A stretch of 64,000 bases of DNA, taken from Lophium mytilinum. Taxonomy: Eukaryota. This document shows positions 45,902 through 57,852 of the stretch, one piece after another. Positions within the stretch are counted from its first letter, which is position 1; each line of letters starts with the position of its first letter. The notes beneath the pieces are model-generated. The model was not told the DNA's origin. It saw only the letters and a program-made list of their open reading frames with translations, and did not search any database. The stretch covers positions 250,726-314,725 of the forward strand of contig MU004198.1 in the NCBI GenBank assembly GCA_010093605.1, read 5' to 3'. The position numbers and the translations under genes were made by a program.

Positions 45902-46864
45902 TTCCGGATTGGCAAGGTGTATTGTGTGGAATTGGGGTGGTGGATAGAGGAGCTTTGAGGGTTGAGGTTTGAGGTTTGAAGTGGAGTGGAGGTTGGGGAG
46001 AGGGAAATGGTAGCTCCGCTTTTTCTGCCTTGGGGATCAGGCGCTAGGATCATACTTTATGCATATCCAGTGAGCACACTTGCTCATCACCGTTTGAGGT
46101 GCTTCAACCAATTATGAAACTTCTGATAATACTGCAAGGCGCTGAGGGTATGAATCGGGGAGTTTTCAAGCGCCTACAGTCGGCCTGCTTGGCCGCTGTT
46201 TGTGGTGTCTCAGCACATTATCATATTTCTGAACGAGAGCAAACGCCGTCGTGCCCAAAGTCGTATCCTAGTGCATAGCAAAGAATCACATGCTCTCCGA
46301 AGAACCGCCACAAGTATTAACCAATCGCTCTAGGCTCTTCACTATAATTATATTTTTACACTCGAAGCGAGAAAGCGCCTGCTTGCACGGCTCCAGCTGT
46401 GCGCTCACTCATAATATCCACTCTTCCCCGCCTCCCCCTGGTATGCAGTTCGCTGAAAAAACAACCACCACCATCAGCAAGAAGCCCACATCCCATCAGA
46501 GCCCTTCATAGAAAACCGGGCCCAGCGTAGAAGAAACGCCATTCCTCTCAGCAAGGCAGAATCGAAACAGAATAAAAACCACATTTTTGTGCCCTCCAGA
46601 CTAAAATCCATTCCACGGACCAAGCCCAACCAACTTAAAACCATTATAAACTCTAAACCAAACAAAAGAGAAACGGGGTGCCCAGTATCGTACGGTCGTG
46701 CTAGCAAACATCTGCCTGATATCTCACAGCGAAAGAGAAAGAAAGCCGGAAAGTGGCGGGGTATGTTGAAGTGGCGAAAGCAAAAGAGAAAATGGAGGGA
46801 GAAGACGCTGTCAATTACATGACTTAGGGGTAAGGAAGTTGCGTGTGCGTGAAGGAAAGGTGGA

Positions 46865-49800
46865 TTATTGTCCGTAGGCCATCCAGGCTTCGTGTGCTTC
46901 TCTCAGAACTGGAGATGCTTGTTAGCAGGGATGAAGGACTGGGGAGGGTTGCTACATACTTTGAAGAACATGCACCTGGGACACGTAGGTCTCGCAAGCG
47001 CACTGCAGCGTTCGGCCATCGAGAAAGTCTAGGATAACGCCTGTTCGATTTAGATTTTGTGCCTCGCGAAGATGGTAGAGGGGTAGCCTACTATTTGGGA
47101 GTTCTTGCGCGTCCTGGTCGGGTGAATAAGGGGTGCGGAATTCAGTGAGATGGAATCGCTTTACGATGCCACGAGGATGCTAGAAAAGAGGTCAATTTTG
47201 GAAACTTTTGGTGGGTTACGGGATACTCACGTCATTTGCTTTGGAAAGGGTCAAGACTATGTTGCCCGACCCATCAATCTCTACCCATCGTCGCTTCCAG
47301 AGCTATCTTTAGGTTAGCAAACTTCATTCAGGTTGACAGAATATTAACTCACGAGTGTGTCTGGGAACTGTATATTTAAGTCGCCCACCTGCACAGCTGG
47401 TGGCGGTTCCCGAAGTGATGGTAAATTGGCCTCATGATCCTCTTCATGCACAGTAGGACTCAGCGACGCCAGGTTCTTCCGGGAAGCTGAAGAAATGGAC
47501 ATTGATGATGACATCCTTTTGAAGAGGCGGCTCGTCCTTGAGTCCCTTTTGCTGTCTTTCTTGTCGTCTTTCTTCTCGTCAAAGCTTTCCAAACTGGCTG
47601 CAGACTGACTGCGGACGGATACAGCAGTAGGCGGAGGCTTGGCTTCGCTCATACGCCGTCCTAGAGACCGCCAACTGCTCTCAGAAGACGAGCGCGGAAG
47701 TCCCGAAGAGCTAGCCTCCTTGGATTGCGGAGAGCCAGGAGGTTCCGGGGATGCAGGCTCTGGTCTCGCAAGGCTGATCCTTGAGCTTGACACCGGTATC
47801 AACACCTTCTGAGCTTTTTGGTGATCGATGATGAGGGGACTCTGATGAAGCTCGAGCGGCGAATCTTGAGTCGGCATTGTCAAGTTCGGCTTTTCTGTCC
47901 GAGGATCGCGGATAATGCGAGCAGTAACTTGAACGGATTCCGGCTTGTCGATTTGTTGTACATTGTACATCGGGTTGGTGGTTTCCGGGGGCTGTATGAA
48001 TGATTGTCGGTTAGGCGAAGGATTGGTAAATGAAGCAAAAGACTGTCTGCTGAAACGCTTTGTGTGTTGTAAAACGGGTGAAGGGCCAGTAGATGCAGGT
48101 GGTGTACGGAAAGATGATTTTCGCTGTGCGACAATCGAACTTGACGCTTCTGGGGGCGTAACGGGACTTACGGATGCTGTAGATTCTCGATTCGATTTCT
48201 CAGCAAGGGCCTTGATCCTCTGAGAGATACCGGATGACACATTGATCTTCTTGGCAACTGTGAGGTTTTCCTGGTTGGGTTTTGTTAACCAGGAGCCGGA
48301 AGATGTACGATCACCACCAAAGACCTCGGGCGATCTCCGCTCTCCTGGAAGAAAGTGACTCGAAGATGATCGCTCTGGAATAGAAACGACTGATTGATTT
48401 GAAAATTTGCGGGGAAATAATGGGCTAATGGGAGATTTGGAGACGGAAATGGGTTGGGCTTGCTCGAATTTTGCACTTTGTAGCTCCTCCATGAACGAGT
48501 CATCTGAGAGATACTCGGTGTCGGAGGCATCGGCAGTGGTGAGATCGATGCGAATGGGTTCCACGAGGGCGCGACGTTTTTGGCGAACTTCGACAGTACT
48601 TCTCCTTTTGAGATCTGCGGGCGTCGGTGATGGTGATGGTTGAGACGGCACTGTTTCTTCCGTCTCGGAGACATGTGGGGGATTTGGCTCCACTTTGTCC
48701 CGGCCATTTTCTGATCGAGTGGTTGCAGGCGCAATGACTTCAATTGACGGCACCGGAGAATTATCCTCTGGGACAACAGTAGGAGAGCTTTCCACGGACT
48801 CTTCCACGGGCGTATCCTGGCAGTTGGGGATATCAGCTTGTCCATCGACCCCAAAGTTGGTTGACTTCACGTGCAAGTCAGGCTTTGTCTCTTGGTCATG
48901 ATCGATGTGGTCATCTTCCTCTGATACCGATGAGGGGCGAGTAGATGGTGACTCGGAGGAGCCTTGTGTCTGTGCGGACGTTGGTGACGAGGCAGATGCC
49001 GATTGTAAGTCTTCGGATTCGGGATGATCGTCTTCCAAAACCTCCACTGCAGAGTCCGTCTTCGGAGGTTCCGTAACAGTTGACGACGAATCATGAGTAT
49101 TCGAAACAGACTTTAGCTCAGGCAATTCTTCCGTGGCAGGACTTGGCTCGATCTTCTCGGGTTCATGTTCCACAGCTAGGGGCTTTTCGGCCTGCTCCAG
49201 CTCAGCGGGCGGAGAGACTTCCGCAACGACGGCGGCCGGGGTCAGAGCGGCGTCCCTGGCTTTGTCGGCCTCATTAGCTTCCTTAGCTTTCCGAGAGTTC
49301 ATCTGCTTTTTCCTTAATTCTAGAGCTTTCATCAACCGTTGTTTCTCCGGTGTCATTCCCGGGGTCCTAGCAGGTAGAGACCGGATACTGGCGGGGCTGG
49401 ATCCAGGTCGCATTGGCGTGATCAACGAGAGTTCAGGGATATGTGGAATTGGCGGTGGTGGTGGGAAGGCGATGCTAGGGACGATGCTAGAGTCTCGCGA
49501 TTTTGGCCGCCTGGGATCTGTTTTCCTCTGGGCTATGCGTAGGCCGGGTGGGAGTTGCGACACAGGTCTAGCGTCTTCTTTCGAGCCTGTTCCTGAAGTA
49601 TGGGGACGTTTGCCAGCATCTACCGACGGGCGTGGGCGTGGACCTAGCTTGACCTTGGGCTTGTATAGGTAGTCGTAGAGCTCAGAGGTGCTTGGACGCG
49701 CTGTCTGCGACGAAAGTCGAGCCTCGTAGCTGTGGTCAAAATGGTTCTCGTAGTTCCTGAGGCTGGCCACATAATCCGCAGTAGCTTGGTCTGGCGTTGG

Positions 49801-50618
49801 GCTGTTTGCTGACTCCAAGACAGCGTCCACACTAATTTGAGACACAGACGTCTTGGCTCGAGGCGTTGTTGGCCTCCTGTCCATAGATCCTCGCACAGTG
49901 GACTGCTCAGATGCCTCTGATTTCGCCTCGGTCCTGGTGTTTGGGCTCGACGGCTCTACGATGGTAGGTATGGTGGAGGCTGCGGTCATCGGTCGTGTCA
50001 TGGAGGAAGTGTCATCGGCGGTCGCCTGCCCTTCCTCGGCGTCCTCAGTAATCTCATCTAATTTCCGCCTCCGGGAGGAGCTACTGGACGAAGAACTTGA
50101 AGGCGCGGCGGTATGGAGGGAGCAAGCTGCAGATAGGGCGGCATCGCTGAGGTCCTCGGCGCTGGTGATTGGGAGGATGGTGTCGTGGGGGGAGAACTTT
50201 TCCGTTACGGCCTGGAAGTGGACAGTCACACGTGCTATAACTGTTAGATATGTTCTTCAGAGCTGTGGCTGAGAGCGCCTTACCCTGCAGAAGCCGAGAC
50301 GTCCCCTCCGGAGTGTACTTTATCAGAACTTTCCGCCGCCGGTACAGCAGGAAGCCGTAGAGCGGTGATTTGTCTTCATACTGGGCGATGGCTCCTCGAG
50401 CTTCGACAAGGCCGCCGGTGCCACGAGTGAGGATTTCTATGGCATCGCGGGACGCGTATTTGAGGAGGAACCTGCGAATGCGGCGTCGTTAGCAGCAGAT
50501 CTTTCCAATTCGTCGAACGGTAAGGGAGAGCGGAGCGAACTGACCATCCTCCAGCCTCGGCCAGGGCAGACGCATATGCCTCCGCAACGGGTGCGCCATC
50601 GAGCCCATTCAGAGACAT
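46865..50618 (-). CDS. Conserved fungal protein with an N-terminal ADF-H (cofilin/drebrin-like) domain, a long disordered middle and a C-terminal PH-like domain
   Basis: The N-terminus reads MSLNGLD...AGGWFLLKYASRD...PLYGFLLYRRRKVLIKYTPEGTSRLLQARVTVHF. The C-terminus reads VGDLNIQFPDTLLWKRRWVEID...FHLTEFRTPYSPDQDAQELPN...LQCACE across short exons. Domain names are inferred from sequence pattern. Confidence 0.8.
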
Positions 50619-51968
50619 TGCGCGGGCTGATGTCTATATTGTCGTCCTGGAGGTCGCTGACCGCTGTCGTGCGTAGTGGAGGAGTTGGCAGGTGGTGAGG
50701 CGGGCCGAGCGCAGTATCAGGGGTCGCATAGGCACGCAGCAGCCAGATCACCGAGCGGTGCGAACCATTGAGCTGGCCGACGGGGGTGGTTCGCAATCGT
50801 CTGGATGCTTGGTCGACAGTGCGCCAGGCACTCTGGGGATGACGAGGGGCGCTGGGGGAAGAATGCAGATTGTCGATGAACAGATGAAGTCGCAAGGAGT
50901 TTCAGACGACGGGAGGGCGTTAGCGCAATTCATCAGCTCCACATCGACCAGCGTCGCCAGCTGGAGATGTGCTTGGCCGATCCAGCCGCTCGTGATCTAA
51001 TTCCCGCCCGCTAGAACCTGGGAGGCACGCTCTGCATCTGCGCCTTGTCGGGTTTGCGGAGAAGCAGAAAGCTGAAGCACAAAGTTATCCTCAAATTCAC
51101 TGGGCTGAGGACCCAGAACCAGATGTCGTCGAACCACTTCCCCTCCGGAGTACCATGGAACTGTATGGCACCGTTGCCGCACCTCGCGCTGGACCCTGTT
51201 GGCCTGTCACCGTGTCAGAGATGTCACGACCGTGTTTGATGCTCCCGGCACCTGTCAGACGTCTCTCTTGCATTCCACAGAGCTTAAGTCTGTGCAACTA
51301 TATAGCCTCTGATATAGCCTATCGAACCCCACTTCATGGTCCTGCACATCTCTAGATCTGCTCTGCCTGCCCATCTCCAAGCGCCTGGCGTCTTCAGTGT
51401 GTCCCTTCTGCGAAATGTGTACCGCCGATCGCCTCCTTTGCCGAATCACAGCGCCGCCCATATGGAGAGCTGAGTTCCCGGAACTGTGGTCGACTATGCG
51501 ACACCATTGGCGACATGCTGCAAGTTGCCGACGTCGTCAGTCGTTGATCTTGTACCTGATTAGTCCTGCGGGAGGGATTATCCATGAAGGCCGCAGATAC
51601 TCTTTGATGCATCGCGAGCGCCCACGTGGCTCGTTGCTGTTGGTCTCCTCGAACTCTTCCCTCTGGTATCTCACGGAGCGAGAGCCGCAGGCAACATAAG
51701 GCTTGACCAGCGTCCCCCATGGATCCGTGATGACTTCTCCTGACCACGTTGCGGGTCCCCCATCGGAAGCTAGCCGAACTTTTAGCCTTTCTAGATCGAT
51801 CTGGAAAGAATCATGGGTGAGTGTTGGATGAAGAAGCACGCCCCGCCTAAGATTAGGGGGACCGGAAAATAAGCGACGTTATATACTCCAACAGTGAGAA
51901 TTTGGAAGTGGTCGAGTTTCAGAGTTCTCTAAACGGAAGAGTGACACAATGTCCCTGCTCACGGGAAG

Positions 51969-52000
51969 CGCGTTCTTTTCGCGGAGACGTGTTTCGCGTC
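51969..52000. promoter_or_regulatory. Cluster of MCB/SCB-like CGCG elements upstream of the nuclease gene
   Basis: CGCGTT (51969), TTTCGCG (51977) and TTTCGCGTC (51992) lie within 32 nt, about 190 nt upstream of the ATG. Confidence 0.5.
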
Positions 52001-52186
52001 GCTTCCCGAGGTCCCCTTTCACTAACGCCCAAGCTCCGCACCTCAACCACCAACGAGTCCCATCGTCGTCGGTCCTAATCCTCCGCTAATCCTCCGCTTG
52101 TTCTTCGCCACCGATCGCCGCTCGATATAGAGCAACTTGAAGAAGTTCGAACCTCGCAGCGCGCCGTCTAGAACAGCGGTGTCGCG

Positions 52187-55109
52187 ATGGGGCTCCCAGA
52201 GTACGTTCCATTTCACCCCACCTTGCTTGACTCTACAATGCCTCGTCCACGCCTATTCCAAACCAGGAGATGGCAGCTTACCTTTTCCTGTCGCTATTTG
52301 GAGTGTTTGGATACTCTGTCAAACATTTCAACGACAGACGAGCTCATCATTTTGAGCAAGCTATGAACTCGTCAAGCTACCTCAAAAGGCTACGTCTAGT
52401 GCTTGTCCATAGGTCACCCGACAACTAACAAGGCCTCGTCCCACAGGCAGTGACTGAAGAGTCACCATGCTTTGGTGAGGAGATAGCGTACTGACCACTC
52501 ACAGGCTCTGGGAACTTCTCGGAGACGGCGACATTGTAGAGACTGCCCAGCTGGCCACCGAGCACTATCACAAAACAGGACGGCCTTTGCGCATTGCTGT
52601 GGATGAAGCTGGCTGGCGATTCAACAACCTGAATGAGCACCAGGTCAAGGCCATCCGGGAGAAGTCTGGCGAGCAAGCATTCCAAGGCATCGAGAAGCAA
52701 ATGTTCTGGAGAATAGCTCGCCTTCTGAAGCAGAATATCCAGCTTTTGTTCGTCTTCGACGGTTCACGCCGTCCCTGGAAGAACGGCAAAACAGCAGGCA
52801 GAATCGACTACAAATCGAGAGAACTCACTGAGCAACTTCTGGATGTCTTGCGCATATCCCACTATCGTGCGCCCGCCGAAGCAGAAGCGGAGTGTGTTCG
52901 CCTCCAGCAGCTTGGCGTCGTGGATGCCGTCTGGAGTGAGGATGCCGACGCCTTGATGTTCGGATGCGACTTTCTCATACGAGACTACCGAGAGCCCAAG
53001 AAGAAACGAGAGAAGACGAATCGATCAAAGACAGGGACCAAGAAGAGCAACACTCACGTGCGAGTAATTCGCCTGAAACACCTCCAAGCACTACAGCTCA
53101 GTAGAGAGGATATCGTTCTCTTCGCCGTGGTCTGTGGCGGAGACTACGATCGCGAAGGCCTGAGAAATTGCGGTCGCAACACTGCAATGAAGATGATCAA
53201 GCATGGCCTTGCAAGAACGCTGTATGCCTGCAAGTCGGAGACCGACCTGGGAGACTGGAGACACGCCCTAATACAATTCCTCGCGAAGGCTAAGGCAACC
53301 AGCAACGTTATTGTTCGCAACGACTATCCGAAGTTAAAGCACGTAAAAAATTACAGGGATCCCTTAGTCTCCACCAACGACGCAATAGCGAATCTTGAAT
53401 GTCTCCGCCATGGCTGGGATAGATCTTTAGACGAGGAGGCTCTGAGAGAGTTCATTAGCACACGTTTCAACCTGTGGACCAAGGGTTATTTCAACTGGAT
53501 AGGGCCAATACTGCTAACTCGGTTCCTCTCAATGTCGACTGCACGATCCAACCCACATGCGGTGAGGCTCACTAAACGTAGAGCACCTAAACCTTCGGAA
53601 ACGGGTGAAGATGAGGTTCTCCCGTCGTTCGAAAGCAAGCTATCCTTTTCGCCCTTCGATCTATCATCGCTCGGTCAAGACAGGTTTCACGATCGCTATT
53701 GGACTGGCAAGAGAGAGGATGAATTTGAAGCTGATCACCGCGTCGAGTGCGAGATACTGGATTGCATGCTTCGTCGAGCGTTGCCAGATGAGGTGCTAAA
53801 TCTACCAGCGAAGACACCTGCGAAGAAACGGAAGAGGGCGACGGATGCTCAAGAAGGAGAAGATGGCATCGAAGCCCAACCTCACGTGTCCCCAAAGAAA
53901 CGCAAGAGCAAAGCGACGAAGAAGGCTGCTGAAGAAGACAGCCGTATCCCCCCAACGAACGAGCCGACTTCTTCGAGCCTACTGGAGCATCGCCCACAGT
54001 TTCGAATACCCACAGACACCGTTTCACCGTTCGCCATACCTTCGACATCTGCGTCGTCGAACCACCTACCAGTGGTGACCGCAGCGGCGAGGAGTGCTAC
54101 GACCGACGTGATTGACTTGCTCGACTCGGAAGACAGTGAAAGCGAGGATGAGCAGCTCCGGGAAGCTATACGACTCAGTCTACAAGAGCAGAGAAAACAA
54201 CCAACTCCAAGAAATCCCACATTCCACAACAACCCTAGAAGAAAACATGAACCCCCATCGAGTAGTATTTCGAGTCATAGGTCTCCTTCCATCCACACCA
54301 TCAAATCCAAGTATGCGGGCAAAGCAAACGCTCAAATCTCGCCCGAACCGCCGTCCTCTCCCAGTCTATTTGTGAGCCCGCACTCGCCAGGAGTGATATC
54401 GAATCGTCTGGCGTTAATTGCCGGAAGCCCCCAGGAATCAATCCTTCCTTCTAGAGGCCTCACAGCTGTCAAAGACGAAATTCGCTCTGGTACATCTTGG
54501 AGCTTTGATATCGCCGATGTCAACAAAACCCCACAGGCACGGAGCTCGGCGGCCTCGCGAGCGGATGTTCTTAAAGCGATACAAGGGCTACCGTCTGTGG
54601 CAGCTGCTAGAGCACGTTTGTCACAACCGAAGCCAAGTCCTGCAAAGCCTCGAGACAGTCGCCCGACCTTCGACACATTTCACAGCACGCATGAGTCCAT
54701 TTCCACAACTTCGAACGGCCGTCTTCCTAGCACACAGGCATTCGTGAACACTTTCGCTGCTCCTCAAGAACGCCAGGAGAGCAGTCTGACGAGTATGGAA
54801 GATCTCAAAATTCTCTTCCAGCAAATGGTAGACCAGTCTTCCCCGATAGCGGCCAGAACGCCAGTACCAGCAGCAGAAGTGGACCCTGAGAAAAATGCTG
54901 AGCGAATTCGGGCAGCACGGCTGGCTCGATTCGGAAATAGTGTCTCTGCGACCGAAAAGCCCCATACTTCCGCACAAGCTCTCGTACCAGAGATCGCCGT
55001 TATGACCACGGATGCATTTCAGGAGCTTCCCGATTTGCCTGTGACCACGAAAAGGCGAGCACGCAAGGCAGAACCAGAGATTGAAACGATTGACTTGACT
55101 AGCGATTGA
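52187..55109 (+). CDS. XPG/Rad2-family structure-specific nuclease (GEN1/Yen1-like PIN fold; 1 intron)
   Basis: MGLPE|LWELL, RIAVD, FVFDG, EAEAEC, WSEDADALMFG, and H3TH GGDY..GL..CG...A. Intron 52201-52504. Confidence 0.9.
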
Positions 55110-56004
55110 GTCGAGCGATGGGGTTGGAGGTTTCGGGGCCTTTTGTGCAGATGATATGGAAGGTTAGGCAGCACGATGTGCGAATAATTGCTGGCTATCG
55201 TATGTATGATTCATCAAGGTATTGCGTGACTTGTCTATCGGGGTAAACAGCAGGTATGCTCTAGTAGACTAGCAAATCCATCTCATTACATACGTTAACG
55301 CTTGTTAAAATGCGTCACCCTGAAATATGTATTCATTAAGTCTTGTAAGTTATGCTTGCTTATAGATACTGGAGAAATATCGCTTAAGCTATGCAATACG
55401 CAAGCATATTCTTGATCTATAGACTAGCCAACCCTCTGTACGTGCAATTGCTTAAAGATTGGGCCCCTAGGCCCCCCGTTCTAACGATGCGTCCGGATCG
55501 GTACCTCGGCGGGGGAAGGATTTGCAGGATATAAATAGATTTAGGTGGCGTGAGGAGAACCGCTGCTCCCGACCTCAGGAAGAAGAGATAATAGATATCT
55601 TGAAGGTATAGAGCAAGCAGAAGGCTATAGATCTGCTGCTGAGGTTGGAACATGCATGTGGAGACAGATGTAAGGTGTTTGAGGTTTGCTAGGGATGCCG
55701 GTGCCCACGGTTGCACCGACGACGGCCCTGCAGCGAATTGCTTAGCGCCATCCCTGAAGACAACACCTGCATTCCTCACCCACCACCTCGACGACCACCA
55801 CTCTCGCTCTCGCTCCCACCACCGCCGCCACTCGCTGTCCCACCATCGCTCTATATTCTATCACCAGGTCGCTCTAAACCCCTACGGCATACTGAACGGC
55901 GACACCGACTCGCGAGCCTCAGCAGCTGCTGAGCTTTGTTTTGCGCGAGGCACAGCCGCCCCCGACCCTCCTCACCCCTCTACATCCACATCACCGTTCC
56001 CAAA

Positions 56005-57138
56005 ATGGGCTTCGGCGACTTCCACACAATATGCAACAAGGTCTCTATACCGCTATGCTCCGTCGTTGGCCCTCCGTCCGGCCTGACGGGCGCCGTGGGG
56101 ATCCAAGCCGCATGCTACTCGCGCAGCATTGAACTGGCCAACACTATCATTTTCCAAGCCGCTGCCGACTTTATGCACATTCTCGCCCTCACAATGACCG
56201 TCGTCATGATTATCCATGTGCGGTCGAAATTCACTGCCGTTGGTAGGTGCTGCAGAACCCCAACCTCGAGAGGCTGTCAAGCCAGTATCGCAGATAGCTG
56301 ACAGTTCATGTGTACAGGCCGCAAAGAAATCACATCCTTCTTCTACATCTATATGATCCTAACCATCTTCTCGCTCATCCTCGATGCCGGCGTAGTTCCC
56401 CCTGCCTCTGGCTCATATCCTTACTTTGTCGCAGCCCAGAGTGGCCTCACCTCCGCGTTACTCATGTGCCTCATGATCAACGGCTTTGTCGGATTTCAGC
56501 TCTATGAAGACGGCACGACGCTATCCGTTTGGCTCCTCCGACTCTCTTCCCTAGCCTGGTTCATTATTGTGGGCGCCATCTCCCTCTTGACATTCAAAGG
56601 ATGGGCAGGCCTCGGACCGACAAAGACTGCCGCATTATTCGTCACCCTATATATCATCAACGCCATCTTCCTGTTCGTCTACGTCGTGACGCAGGTCATT
56701 CTCGTGGTCAACACCCTGCAGGACCTCTGGCCGTTGGGCGATATTATTTTCGGTGTCTTTTTCTTTGTCATTGGCCAGGTTATCCTCTATGTCTTTAGCG
56801 ACACCATCTGCGATCACGTGCAGCACTACCTCGACGGCCTTTTCTTTGCCACTATCTGCAACCTCCTCGGCGTCATGATGGTCTACAAGGTTCGTCATTT
56901 CCCCCTTTCCCCCGATGGGAACTTACTTGCTAATTTGATACCGCAGTACTGGGACTCCGTCACCCGCGAAGATCTCGAATTCAGCGTCGGCATCAAGCAG
57001 CACAACTGGGAAGTCAAGGAACTCCTCCCCGAAGAAGACCGCAGAGCCACCGTGTACCAGGACTCCGAGTACGCGAGCAGCCTGTACCAGCAGCAGCCTG
57101 GGATGCGGCAATCTCATTACAGCGCTGTCGGGTACTGA
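56005..57138 (+). CDS. CHS7: Chitin synthase export chaperone (2 introns)
   Basis: MGFGDF..IC....PLCS, CYSRSIELANTIIFQ, HVRSKFTAVGRKEI, GFVGFQLYEDGT and [35 protein letters not shown]. Confidence 0.97.
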
Positions 57139-57852
57139 GATCTGCTCTGGAAATTAAACGACTGCTTTCACAAACCTACTTGTTAATATTTGCATCGCAT
57201 TGGGGGAGCTTTTTGGCGCTTTTCTGCTTTCCTTTGGCGTCGGGTTTCATGGACACAAAATGGTGCCGCAATGGCGTTTAAAGAATGGGGATTCGGAGAG
57301 TGCTGAATAGGGTGGGGGGACATAGGGTCGAGGGGAGACTCGGCACTTATTAGGTAGTAATTCAATCCATTCTTAACGCTCTCATCGTGTTCACGTACTT
57401 GAGTTTTGTGTGCGGTCCCGATTGTGCATACCTGTCAGCCACTGCTTGAAGTGCTTCAGCAAGTTTCCACATAGCCAAATACTTGCTAGGAGTGCCATCT
57501 CTCCATGTCTAACGTGAAATGCTAGGTTGAGAAAGGCAAATTCGTAAACTAATACTAGAACCACATTTAGGCGCTCTGATTGGTGGGCTAGCTGCTGCAT
57601 TAGTGCAAGGACCACGCCGCAGCTCAACTTCGCCCTCAAGGTCACCAGCCGAGGGCACTAGAAAAATCACCTCCCTCCCAGACTTTGAATCACAATGAGT
57701 ATGCACCGTGTTTTTCACAACAAGGGTAACATCTGATATTCTCTTGCTTTCAATTCTTGTCCTTCTTACTCCAACCAAGGTTCTCATTCACCCTGTCCCC
57801 CATTCATCCTATATTCATTTAGAGGCTCTGGAAGTTCCAGACTTGATTCAAC

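Noticed and set aside
50620..52186. Several 60-150 aa ORFs in the long divergent spacer
   Set aside because: No recognisable motifs or consistent splice structure; likely UTR and promoter sequence.
55415..55700. Mildly TpA-rich stretch that could be a RIP-mutated gene relic
   Set aside because: The signal is weak, CpA/TpG remain common and no protein family is recognisable.
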